Position numbers and translations under genes: made by a program. Positions 29,652 through 38,351 of a stretch of 47,722 bases of DNA are shown here, one piece after another. The notes beneath the pieces were generated by a model, which did not search any database, had not been told where the DNA came from, and saw nothing but the letters and a program-made list of their open reading frames with translations. The stretch lies in NCBI GenBank assembly GCA_021808035.1, contig JAKBCG010000001.1:1-47722 (forward strand), given 5' to 3'. Positions within the stretch are counted from its first letter, which is position 1, and each line of letters starts with the position of its first letter. This stretch comes from Pseudomonadota bacterium. Lineage in GTDB: Bacteria; Pseudomonadota; Gammaproteobacteria; Steroidobacterales; Steroidobacteraceae.

Positions 29652-29671
29652 GCTGGCCTGAATCGGCCAGC
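29652..29671 (-). terminator. hairpin after dtd / upstream of tatA
   Basis: On the transcript this reads GCUGGCC-gauuca-GGCCAGC (7-bp stem), about 12 nt after the dtd stop, followed by only a weak UUUC. A TATCAT -10-like box for tatA lies at 29636-29631. Confidence 0.3.
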
Positions 29672-29682
29672 CGGGGCGGCGT

Positions 29683-30120
29683 TCAGGATTCGAGCCAGAT
29701 CGTGACCGGACCGTCGTTGGTCAGGCTGACCTGCATGTCCGCACCGAACAGACCGCTGCCGACCGGCCCATGTTGCCGGCGCGCATGCTCCACCAGGGCC
29801 TCGAACAGCGCGCGGGCCTGCTCCGGCGGGGCGGCGCGAGAAAAGCCGGGGCGCAGTCCCTTGTGGGTGTCCGCGGCGAGGGTGAACTGCGGGACCAGCA
29901 ACAGCCCGCCGCCGACGTCGGTCACGCTGCGATTCATCCGTCCTTGGTCGTCGGCAAAGATGCGGTAATGCAGCATGCGATCCAGCAGACGCTCGCCCGC
30001 CTCGGTACCATCACTCGGCCGGATGCCGATCAGCGCGAGCAGGCCGGGCCCAATCTCGGCGCAACGCTCGCCGGCAATCGCGACGGAGGCCTCGGTGACG
30101 CGCTGCAGAAGCGCGATCAC
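29683..30120 (-). CDS. dtd: D-aminoacyl-tRNA deacylase
   Basis: 145 aa from GTG (30120-30118). [55 protein letters not shown] and the terminal [14 protein letters not shown] are typical Dtd. The start overlaps the bdhA stop (GTGA). Confidence 0.93.
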   Translation of the reverse strand: MIALLQRVTEASVAIAGERCAEIGPGLLALIGIRPSDGTEAGERLLDRMLHYRIFADDQGRMNRSVTDVGGGLLLVPQFTLAADTHKGLRPGFSRAAPPEQARALFEALVEHARRQHGPVGSGLFGADMQVSLTNDGPVTIWLES

Positions 30121-30923
30121 TGGGCCGTCCAACCGCCGTCGATGGGAATGGCCGTGCCGGTGATGTTGTGCGCTGCGGGATAACAGAGCCAAACCGCGAG
30201 AGCCGCGATCTCTGCGACCGTGGATACTCGGCGGGAGGGCTGTTTTTCGGTCAGCAGACTGCTCATCGCCTCTGCCTTCGATACGCCGAGTTGTCGTTCA
30301 CGCTCCTCGATCTGGGGCGCAAGCAGTGCCGTGTCCACCCAACCCGGACAGATGCAGTTGACCGTGATTCCGCCGGACTCGGCGCTGCCGGCCGCGGCGT
30401 ATTCGAGCGCCGCCACTTTCGACAATCCGACGAGCCCGAACTTGGCGGAGACATACGGCGATTTGTTGATTGAAGCGACCAGACCATGCACCGAGGCGAT
30501 ATTGATGACGCGGCCGTACCGCCCTGCAGCCATTCGCGGCAGCGCGTGCCGCATCGTGTGAAATGCCGCCGATAGGTTAACGGCGAGTACGTCGTTCCAG
30601 CAATCGACCGGGACGCTCGGCAGCGGCGCGGTGTACTGAATGCCGGCGTTGTTGACCAGGATCTCCAGATGATTCCACGAGAACACCTGATCCATCAGTG
30701 CATCGATTTGCGCGACGTCGCGCAGATCGCCGCCGAGGAACCGGGCATCCGGGCTTCCCGCTTGCTTGATTTCCGCGACCAAACGCCGAGCCTCCTCCGG
30801 GCCGACCAGACCGTGCGCAGCCACGCAGGCACCTTCCTTCGCAAAGGCGAGCGCAATTCCTTTGCCGATACCGCGGTCCGCCCCGGTTACCAGCACCGTC
30901 TTACCACGGAGTTCCCTCGTCAA
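30117..30923 (-). CDS. bdhA: 3-hydroxybutyrate dehydrogenase (SDR)
   Basis: 268 aa with TGADRGIGKGIA (cofactor), NNAGIQ, IASVHGLVAS, YVSAKFGLVGLSK (YxxxK), NCICPGWVDTAL, LLTEKQPSRRVST and [15 protein letters not shown]. The Q/H/K/Q substrate-carboxylate pattern is typical of BDH. Confidence 0.85.
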   Translation of the reverse strand: MTRELRGKTVLVTGADRGIGKGIALAFAKEGACVAAHGLVGPEEARRLVAEIKQAGSPDARFLGGDLRDVAQIDALMDQVFSWNHLEILVNNAGIQYTAPLPSVPVDCWNDVLAVNLSAAFHTMRHALPRMAAGRYGRVINIASVHGLVASINKSPYVSAKFGLVGLSKVAALEYAAAGSAESGGITVNCICPGWVDTALLAPQIEERERQLGVSKAEAMSSLLTEKQPSRRVSTVAEIAALAVWLCYPAAHNITGTAIPIDGGWTAQ

Positions 30924-30950
30924 GGCCGGTCTCTCCTCGTCGCGATGAAT

Positions 30951-32468
30951 TCAGCCCAGCACGCTCGAGGCCGGCGGCAGGTCGAGCCATAGCTTGCGCA
31001 ACGCCTGATAAGGATCCTGCTCGATCCGGGTCTCGGGACCGAGCACCAGGGTGGCGCGCTGGTCTGGATCGAAGCGAGGCCAGTTCGGAATGTCCGGATT
31101 ATTGGGGTCACCGGTCTTCGCAAAGGCCAGCCAGGTCGAAGCGAGCGCAGTGCACATGCGGCGGGCCTCGCTCGATCCGCTGCCCAGAATGGCGTCCCGT
31201 TCGTTGTACATCGACGCGGGCACGTCCATCGCGTGCGCCGCGCCGAATTTTCCGTCGAACGCGGGACACGGCCACTCCCAGAGGTATGTGTACACGGGAG
31301 TCCCGTGGCGGCGTGCCATGTCCTCCGCCTGCGCGTGCGCGAACCGCCGAAAGCCGGCGTCCGTGATGATCTGTGCGTGCAACAAGTACGGCGACTTCAC
31401 CGGGAAGTGCGCGCGATAGACGGCCGTGAGCGTCGCCGCTCGAGCGCCGTAGCGAACCGTGAGATTCTCCGTCAATTCCTGCTCGGTCATTGCGAATCGG
31501 TCGAAGAAAACACCCGCGTCGTCCAGGGTCGTCGAGATGATGATCGGCACGTCGCCACGACGCGCCGACCCCTCGCCGGCGGGCTGAACCGCCGGGAGAT
31601 GGGTGCCGTCGACGAAAGGCGCGAACGCGTGTGCGCCGACCGTCGTCTGTGCGCTCAGCAGGTCGGACCATGGTAAATCCCGAATTCGACCGATCGTCGC
31701 GCGCGTCAGACCGAGCTTCTCGATGAATGCCCGCGCCGCGCCTGCGGCGAGTTCCCGGGACGGGTGGCTCACCAGCGACCCGCTCTGCACGGCGGCTCTT
31801 TGAAACAGGCCGCGAGCCGCAGGCATGGCGAGCAGAGTGCTCACCTTCCAGCCGCCGCCAGACTGTCCGAAGATCATCACCCGGCCGGGATCGCCGCCGA
31901 AGCGTCCGATGTTGTCGCGAACCCACTCGAGGGCTGCGATCAGGTCCAACATCCCGGCGGCACCCGAATCCTCCCATCGGCCGGATGGATCGACGTCCTG
32001 AAGATCCAGGAAGCCGAAGCTCGACAAGCGATGGGTGACGGCGACGACCACCACATCGCCCAGGCGCGCGAGATTGGCGCCGTCATACATCGGGTGATTG
32101 CCCGAACTGATCGCGAAGCCGCCCCCGTGGATGCAAAACAGCACCGCCCGCTTGTCCTCGTGGCCGGTACCGGGCGTCCAGACGTTGAGATGCAGGCAGT
32201 CCTCGCTCAGCCCGCCCATCGCGACGTTCAGGTCGAATTGAATCAGACGCGCGTAGTCATGAGCGATGTCGTAGGGCACCTGCGGTGACACCGGGCCATA
32301 GCCGAAACAATCTCTCACGCCGGTCCATGGTGGCGGTCGCCGCGGGCGCTGGAAGCGGTTCGCTCCGGCGGTCGAGGCGCCATAGGGCACGCCCTTGAAC
32401 TGCCGGACGCCCGAGCTGACCAGCCCGCGGACGAGACCGCTCGCGGTCTCTACGGTGCAGAATTCCAT
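30951..32468 (-). CDS. type-B carboxylesterase/lipase family protein (para-nitrobenzyl-esterase-like), cytoplasmic
   Basis: 505 aa. GLVRG....VRQFKGVPYGAST.G.NRFQ.P; EDCLHLNVWTP; oxyanion loop IHGGGF; nucleophile elbow FGQSGGG. No signal peptide. It starts 4 nt after the TBDR stop. Confidence 0.88.
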   Translation of the reverse strand: MEFCTVETASGLVRGLVSSGVRQFKGVPYGASTAGANRFQRPRRPPPWTGVRDCFGYGPVSPQVPYDIAHDYARLIQFDLNVAMGGLSEDCLHLNVWTPGTGHEDKRAVLFCIHGGGFAISSGNHPMYDGANLARLGDVVVVAVTHRLSSFGFLDLQDVDPSGRWEDSGAAGMLDLIAALEWVRDNIGRFGGDPGRVMIFGQSGGGWKVSTLLAMPAARGLFQRAAVQSGSLVSHPSRELAAGAARAFIEKLGLTRATIGRIRDLPWSDLLSAQTTVGAHAFAPFVDGTHLPAVQPAGEGSARRGDVPIIISTTLDDAGVFFDRFAMTEQELTENLTVRYGARAATLTAVYRAHFPVKSPYLLHAQIITDAGFRRFAHAQAEDMARRHGTPVYTYLWEWPCPAFDGKFGAAHAMDVPASMYNERDAILGSGSSEARRMCTALASTWLAFAKTGDPNNPDIPNWPRFDPDQRATLVLGPETRIEQDPYQALRKLWLDLPPASSVLG

Positions 32469-32472
32469 GCGC

Positions 32473-34713
32473 TCACTTGAACCGATAATTCACCGACAGC
32501 CCGATGGTCCTGGGTTGCGCGAGAAATACCGGGACGGGCGCGGCAGGGTCGTACTCGTTCGCCAGAACGGATGCCGAGACCTCGCCGACCCGATCGAACA
32601 CGTTGCGTACGAACAGTCCGTATCGCACGTGATCCGATGCCCGGACCGACAGGTTGAGATCGGTGATGTTGTAAGCCCCCAGCTGGAACTGGGGGCTGAC
32701 GAGCGTGCCGAACCCCGCGTTGCGCTCTCCCATCCAACGATCGGTCGCGGTGAATGCGCCGGTGTACCCACCGTACCAGGTGAAATCGTAGGTACTGATC
32801 AGCGCGAAGTTGAAGCGGGGCGACACCGGCAGCCGGTCGCCGACCGAGTTCACGCCGAGCACCGGTGCGGTGGAGGTGAGCCGCGCATCCGTATAGGCCG
32901 CAGTGCCACCGAGTGTCCAGGTCGACGTGAGGCGATAGTTGAACAACATTTCGGCACCGGTCACCCGTGCGGTTCCGGCGTTCTCGAGCTGGTTCACCCC
33001 GCCGTTGTTCACCGTGACCTGAATGTCCTTCCACAGGATGTCATAGAGATCGAAGTCCAGTGTCGCTCGCTCGTCCAGGAAGGTGGACTTCTCGCCGAGC
33101 TCGTAACTCCACAGTCGGTCCGGACCGAAAGTCGGATTGCCCAGGCCGGGTTTCAATACGAAGTTGGGTCCCCCCGGGCGGAAGCCGCTGGCGGCGCGGG
33201 CGTAGACCATCACATCGTGGGTGATGTGATACTTCGGATTGAGCAAATACGTCATCACGCTCTGGTCGGAAGTGGCGACCGGCGGCGTCAAGGACGTGGA
33301 AGAGCCGGTCGCGAGCAGGCCGCTCACCGTCTCCTCGTACGCCTGCTTCTGGCGGCTGTATCGCAGGCCCATTCCCAGTTCGAACCGCCGGGTGAAGAAG
33401 AGCGTGCCGTCCGCGTAGGCGGCGTACTCCCGGTAGGTGCTCGGCAGGAAACTCGTGAATGGCGACAACCCGAAGAAGACCCCGCCTGGATTCGCGGTAT
33501 CGAACAGATCGACGATCTCGCTGGTCTTTTCGTTGCCGAGAAACCCGCCGATCAACCACTGGAAGTGGTCGTTCTTGCGGGATACCACCCGGATCTCCTG
33601 CGTGAACTTCTTGGTCGTCGTGTTGACGTAGAGGCGCCACGGATCCTGCCCGGCGCCGAAGGCGGCCAAGGCGGCGTCGTAGATCAAGCTGTCGTCCGTG
33701 TAGCTCGTGCCGTTGTTGACCTGGTAGCCGGTGATCGAGCTGACCTTGGCCCAGGGGGCCTGGTAGTCGATGGTCGCTGAATACAGGGTCAGGCTGTAAT
33801 CCGAGGGTTGGAACGTCGGATAGGCTTGATCGTACGTACCATAGGTCGGCTGCCCGGTCGCGGGATTGCGGAAGGCGACGTCCGCGCTCTCACTCGGAAT
33901 GTGCTGGGTCGATGCGCGCAGTACGACGTCCAGTTTGTCGCTGGGTCGTACCAACAGCGCGACACGACCTCCCTCGGATCGGGACCACCCGGCATTGTCG
34001 CGTCCATAGACCGGGTCTTTCGCGTAACCGGCATCGTAGGTCTGATAGCCATCGATTCGAATCGCGGCGACGTCCGTGATCGGGATGTTGACCAGTCCGT
34101 CGTAGGTATGGTTGATATGGCCATGCTGGGTGGATCCGAGCTCCGCTCCCACGTCGGCCTCGAAAGACCGCAATTCCGGCGTCTGGGACACGTACCTGAT
34201 CGTGCCGCCGAGCGACGTCGCACCGTACAGCGTGCCCTGCGGGCCGTTCAGCACCTCCACCCGATTGAGGTCGAAGGTGTTGATGTTCAGGCTCTGGTAG
34301 CCCACCCCGTTCGACGTGCTGGCGCCGAGTGGAATGTCGTCGAGATAGACGCCCGTCGCACTGCTGAGCTGCGAACCCGTGGTGATGCCGCGGATCACGA
34401 GGAGGTTGGTGCTGGCTCCCGTCGACGAGAAACTCAGTCCCGGCACGAAGCCCGCAAAGTCGTTCAGATCCCGCGCGTTGAGCTGGCGCAACGCCCCTGC
34501 CGTCAAGGCGGTGACCTGGCCGGAAACGTTCTGTATGGACTCGGACCGGCGTGTCGCCGTGACGACCACCTTCGTCAGTTCCCAGCTTGCCGCGCCGTTT
34601 CCTGCCGATGCCGCCGGAGGTTGCGTGCTCTGCGCCAGGGCGACGGGCGTGCCGATCGCCGAAAGCACGGCGGCCAGCGTCGCGAAGATGCGGTGAGATG
34701 TAGCCATTATCAC
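32473..34713 (-). CDS. TonB-dependent outer-membrane receptor
   Basis: 746 aa with SD GGGGAG and a signal peptide ...IGTPVALAQS. The plug region is LTKVVVTATRRSESIQNVSGQVTAL..VEVLNGPQGTLYGATSLGGTIRYV. The barrel has RLWSYELGEKS and ends ..SVNYRFK. Confidence 0.93.
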   Translation of the reverse strand: MIMATSHRIFATLAAVLSAIGTPVALAQSTQPPAASAGNGAASWELTKVVVTATRRSESIQNVSGQVTALTAGALRQLNARDLNDFAGFVPGLSFSSTGASTNLLVIRGITTGSQLSSATGVYLDDIPLGASTSNGVGYQSLNINTFDLNRVEVLNGPQGTLYGATSLGGTIRYVSQTPELRSFEADVGAELGSTQHGHINHTYDGLVNIPITDVAAIRIDGYQTYDAGYAKDPVYGRDNAGWSRSEGGRVALLVRPSDKLDVVLRASTQHIPSESADVAFRNPATGQPTYGTYDQAYPTFQPSDYSLTLYSATIDYQAPWAKVSSITGYQVNNGTSYTDDSLIYDAALAAFGAGQDPWRLYVNTTTKKFTQEIRVVSRKNDHFQWLIGGFLGNEKTSEIVDLFDTANPGGVFFGLSPFTSFLPSTYREYAAYADGTLFFTRRFELGMGLRYSRQKQAYEETVSGLLATGSSTSLTPPVATSDQSVMTYLLNPKYHITHDVMVYARAASGFRPGGPNFVLKPGLGNPTFGPDRLWSYELGEKSTFLDERATLDFDLYDILWKDIQVTVNNGGVNQLENAGTARVTGAEMLFNYRLTSTWTLGGTAAYTDARLTSTAPVLGVNSVGDRLPVSPRFNFALISTYDFTWYGGYTGAFTATDRWMGERNAGFGTLVSPQFQLGAYNITDLNLSVRASDHVRYGLFVRNVFDRVGEVSASVLANEYDPAAPVPVFLAQPRTIGLSVNYRFK

Positions 34714-35026
34714 TCCCCGGAAACCATGGTGTTTTGAGAACCCCGCATCGGCCGGGAATCCACTATTTTTCAGCAGATGTTGAAATTATTCTAGAAGCTC
34801 GAGGCTGTCAAGGAATCGGGAACCGCTTTGATCGGTGCGATACCCGGGCGCCGTGGCGCGCGCGCGACCCCCGTCAGCCCTCGGGACATGCCGCGGAGAC
34901 GTGAAAAAAAACTATTTTTACTGCACCGGCCGGGCGTCCGACCAGCCCGGGTTGGCTTGGGCGCACCGCCAGCGCGTGGTGACCCAGGGCATGGTGGCGG
35001 CTGCATCGGCAGCATGCCAGCCGCCG

Positions 35027-35054
35027 GATCGTTGTCGATTCCTCAACGATCGTT
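35027..35054. promoter_or_regulatory. candidate TetR operator (inverted repeat plus 10-bp palindrome)
   Basis: GATCGTTG-tcgattcct-CAACGATC (35027-35051) overlaps the perfect palindrome AACGATCGTT (35045-35054). It lies in the divergent tetR / TBDR intergenic region. Confidence 0.35.
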
Positions 35055-35077
35055 AAAATTTACCGCTCCGGCCGCGG

Positions 35078-35932
35078 ATGCCCGGGAGCGAGCTCCGAAC
35101 CGCGTGCTCACATGGTGGCAGGTCCGCCCGTACCGTCGCCCCTCGGCGAAGGATCGTGCTATTTTCGCGCGAATCCCACGTGCTCGATGAGTCGGTTCCA
35201 GATCCTATCGTGACCCAGATCGACCCCAAGTCGCCGGCGAAACCCCGCCAACGGAAGTCGAGCCGTCCCACGTCATCGCCGGCGGATATCCGGCCGAAGG
35301 CACCCGCCAGGCTCCTGGATGCGGCGGAAACGCTGTTCGCGCAACGCGGCTTCCATGGCGTCACGACGCGCCAGGTCGCGGCGGCGGCGGGTGTCGACGT
35401 TGCATTGATCTACTATCACTTCGAAAGCAAATCCGGTCTGTTCGACGCGGTTCTCGAACGCCGCGCACGTCCGCTGGTCGCCGCTCGCCGCGAATCGTTG
35501 CGCGACTACGTCGCGGGTGCCCGCGTGGTCACGGTGGAGGGTGCGGTGGCCGCATTCATCAATCCGATGATCGACTTTTCACTCCACGGGGATCCGGGGT
35601 GGAAGCGATACTTCGCGCTGGTCGCGCAGATCGACAATACCCCTTGGGGCGGCGAGATCATTCATCGATATTTCGACGACAACGTGCAAGAGTTGATCGA
35701 CGTCCTGCAGTGCGCCCTGCCGGGCAGTCCCAAGCGTGAACTGTATTGGGCATACAATTTCCTCGCGGGCTCGATGATGCTGGCGTTGTCCGGCACGGAG
35801 CGGGTCGACCGGCTTTCCGCGGGGCTGTGTCGTGCGAAGGACCTGGAGGCCGTGCGCCTGCGTTTGCTGAATTACTGCGCCGGTGGCTTCCTGGCCATGG
35901 TCACCGCCGAACGCCTGAGCGGCCGCGCCTAG
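35078..35932 (+). CDS. TetR/AcrR family transcriptional regulator
   Basis: The HTH region is ARLLDAAETLFAQRGFHGVTTRQVAAAAGVDVALIYYHFESKSGLF. The start is uncertain: ATG 35078, or in-frame GTG 35180 or 35210, none with a good SD. The N-terminal about 45 aa of the longest form look non-genic (Arg/Pro rich). Confidence 0.85.
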   Translation: MPGSELRTACSHGGRSARTVAPRRRIVLFSRESHVLDESVPDPIVTQIDPKSPAKPRQRKSSRPTSSPADIRPKAPARLLDAAETLFAQRGFHGVTTRQVAAAAGVDVALIYYHFESKSGLFDAVLERRARPLVAARRESLRDYVAGARVVTVEGAVAAFINPMIDFSLHGDPGWKRYFALVAQIDNTPWGGEIIHRYFDDNVQELIDVLQCALPGSPKRELYWAYNFLAGSMMLALSGTERVDRLSAGLCRAKDLEAVRLRLLNYCAGGFLAMVTAERLSGRA

Positions 35933-36016
35933 CAGCGGCGCCACGGCGACCCGGGCCGCTGTCCACGCGCGACGCCGGCCACCGCCCAACGCCCATCGCA
36001 ACGGAGAGAACCCGCC

Positions 36017-36919
36017 TTGTCGAACACCATCGAATCGCAATTCCATCGATCCGCGGACAACCTGCGCCTGCACGTGCGCCAGTACCCGGGGCCGAACCCG
36101 ACGGCGCCGACCGTGCTTTGTCTTCACGGCCTGATGCGCAACGCCTGCGACTTCGAGGACCTGGCGGTCCATCTGCAAGCGCGCTACCGGATACTCGCCC
36201 CGGACTTGCGCGGCCGAGGCCTGTCCGACCGCGATCCGCGGCCGCAGAACTATCAACCGCCGGTGTACCTGGAGGACCTCCGACCGATCTTCGCCGAGGC
36301 CGCGGAGCACGGGCCGTACGCGATCATCGGCACGTCGCTCGGCGGCATTCTGGCCATGGTGCACGCCGCGAGCCGGCCGGCGCGCCTCGCCGGGATCGTG
36401 CTGAACGACATCGGTCCCGCGCTCGATCCGGCGGGCGTCGAGCGGATCAAGGGCTATGCCGGCCGCTCGCCGCCGCCACGCGACTGGCCGGAGGCGATCG
36501 CACAGATGCGCGCGGCCTATGCGGTCGCCTGGCCGGATTTGCCGCCGGATCGCTGGGAGAGGCTCGCGCGCCGCTCCTACATCGAGGACGCGCCGGGCGC
36601 GCTGCGGGCCGCCGCCGACCCCGCGATCGGCGAGGCGATGCGCGCCGCGCCGGCCGCGCCGCTCGACCTGTGGATGCAGTGGCAAGCGCTCGCGGATTTG
36701 CCGGTGCTCGCGCTGCGCGGAGCGCTATCCGACCTGCTGAGTCCCGCGATCCTCGAGCGCATGCTCGAACTGAAGCACGATCTCGAGATCCGGGTGGTCG
36801 CGAACCGCGGCCACGTCCCGCTGCTCGACGAACCGGAATCGCTGCACGCGATCGAGCGCTTCCTCGAGCGCGCCTTCGGCGCACCGCGCGCGGCTATTTG
36901 CGCCACAGCGCCGGCGTGA
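36017..36919 (+). CDS. alpha/beta-fold hydrolase
   Basis: TTG start has GGAGAG 8 nt upstream. TVLCLHGLMRNACDFEDL; nucleophile elbow IGTSLGGILAM; late His in NRGHVPLLDEPE. The 3' end overlaps trkH by 26 nt (convergent). Confidence 0.82.
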   Translation: MSNTIESQFHRSADNLRLHVRQYPGPNPTAPTVLCLHGLMRNACDFEDLAVHLQARYRILAPDLRGRGLSDRDPRPQNYQPPVYLEDLRPIFAEAAEHGPYAIIGTSLGGILAMVHAASRPARLAGIVLNDIGPALDPAGVERIKGYAGRSPPPRDWPEAIAQMRAAYAVAWPDLPPDRWERLARRSYIEDAPGALRAAADPAIGEAMRAAPAAPLDLWMQWQALADLPVLALRGALSDLLSPAILERMLELKHDLEIRVVANRGHVPLLDEPESLHAIERFLERAFGAPRAAICATAPA

Positions 36920-38351
36920 ACAGCACGAGGATCGTGAACACCTCGAGCCGGCCGAGCAACATCGCGATGGAGCAGATCCAGGTCTGGAAGTCGTTCAGCA
37001 CGCTGTAATTGCTGTCCGGGCCGACGAGCCCAAGGCCCGGGCCGACGTTGTTGATGCACGCGATGATCGCCGACAGCGAGGTCGTGAAATCGAGGCCGCT
37101 CGCGAGCTCGATGAACACCAGCGTCACGAGGCTCATGAAATACAGGAACACGAAGCCGAGCACCGCGAACACCACGCGATTCGCGATCACCGTGCCGCCG
37201 ATCTTCAACGGCCTCACCAGGTTCGGGTGCACCAGGTGCTCGAGCTCGCGGTTCGCCTGCTTCGCGAGGATCAGCGTGCGGATCATCTTGATGCCGCCGC
37301 CGGTCGACCCCGAGCTCGCGACCACGCAGGACAGGAACAGCATGAACATCGGCGCGAACACCGGCCAGCGCGAATAATCCTGCGTGTGCAGTCCGCTGTC
37401 CGTCGCGATCGACACCACGTTGAAGGTCGCCTCGCGCAGCGCCGTCACGAAGCTCGGATAGGTTCCCTTCGCGAACAGGTACACCGCGATCCCGAACGAG
37501 CTGGCCACGAGCACGCCGACGGTCGCCTTCGCCTCCGAGTCGCGCAGGTACGCGCGCAGCCCGCGCTGCCTCCACGCTTGGTAATGGGTCGCGAAGTTCA
37601 GCGCGGCGAGCACCTCGAAAACGACCAGCACCATCTCGATCGGCACCGAGTTGAAGTGCCCGACGTTGTCGTCGTAGGTCGAGAAGCCGCCGAGGGACAG
37701 CGCCGAGAAGCCGTGACAGACGGCGTCGAACCACCCCATCCCGACGAGCCGCAGCGACAGGATGCACGCGAGCGTGAGGCCCGCGTACACCGTCCATAGG
37801 AGCTTCGCGGACTGGCCGATCCGCGGCGTGAGCTTCGCGTCCTTCATCGGACCGGGCATCTCGGCGCGATAGATCTGCATCCCACCGACGCCGAGCATCG
37901 GCAGGATCGCGACCGCCAGCACGATGATGCCCATCCCGCCGAGCCAGCTGAGTAGGCAGCGCCACAGGTTGATCGACCGCGGCAGGTACTGCAGTCCCGA
38001 CAGAACGGTGCCACCGGACGTCGTGAGCCCCGACGCCGCCTCGAAGTAGGCGTGCGTGAAGTCGATCGGCAGGTAGTGCCACAACGGGAAGCCCGCGACC
38101 GCCGGCAGCGCGATCCAGGTCAATGCGACCAGCACCAGGCCGTCGCGCGTCTTCAGCTCGCGCTTGTAGCGCCGCGTCGCGATCCACAAGGCCGCGCCGA
38201 TCGCGAAGGTCGCGACCGCCGACAGCGCGAACGATCCGAGCGCGAGGTCCTGTCCCCAGATCGCGAGCAGCAGCGGCGCGAGCATCGTCGCGGCGAATCC
38301 CATGATCACCAGCGCGAAGACGTGCGCGACCGGGAGGATCGTCTGCTTCAC
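36894..38351 (-). CDS. trkH: Trk-type potassium uptake protein TrkH
   Basis: 485 aa, polytopic. TSGGTVL, GGMGI, LSLGGFST and SSGSTGGGIK are selectivity-filter-like repeats, and the protein ends FTPALWRK. The GTG start overlaps the trkA stop (GTGA, 38348-38351). Confidence 0.95.
   Translation of the reverse strand: MKQTILPVAHVFALVIMGFAATMLAPLLLAIWGQDLALGSFALSAVATFAIGAALWIATRRYKRELKTRDGLVLVALTWIALPAVAGFPLWHYLPIDFTHAYFEAASGLTTSGGTVLSGLQYLPRSINLWRCLLSWLGGMGIIVLAVAILPMLGVGGMQIYRAEMPGPMKDAKLTPRIGQSAKLLWTVYAGLTLACILSLRLVGMGWFDAVCHGFSALSLGGFSTYDDNVGHFNSVPIEMVLVVFEVLAALNFATHYQAWRQRGLRAYLRDSEAKATVGVLVASSFGIAVYLFAKGTYPSFVTALREATFNVVSIATDSGLHTQDYSRWPVFAPMFMLFLSCVVASSGSTGGGIKMIRTLILAKQANRELEHLVHPNLVRPLKIGGTVIANRVVFAVLGFVFLYFMSLVTLVFIELASGLDFTTSLSAIIACINNVGPGLGLVGPDSNYSVLNDFQTWICSIAMLLGRLEVFTILVLFTPALWRK

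Noticed and set aside
32473-32481. The third TonB receptor ends ...YRFK, with a Lys after the usual terminal aromatic residue
   Set aside because: I verified this in the nucleotide sequence (ttc aag tga on the minus strand). One extra residue after the terminal Phe occurs in some outer-membrane proteins, and I cannot argue functional significance from sequence alone.
34810-34848. AAGGAATCGGGAACCGCTTTGATCGGTGCGATACCCGGG, which superficially recalls the GGGAA...GGUG...CC core of a cobalamin riboswitch near a TonB receptor
   Set aside because: It is on the wrong strand for the receptor. There is no B12 box (GCCACUG) on either strand nearby, and the plus-strand downstream gene is a tetR. I treat it as coincidence.
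34791-35190. Small ORFs in the TBDR/tetR intergenic region (120 aa, 73 aa and 74 aa)
   Set aside because: They have no SD, Arg/Pro/Gly-rich composition and mutual overlap. Regulatory DNA explains them better.
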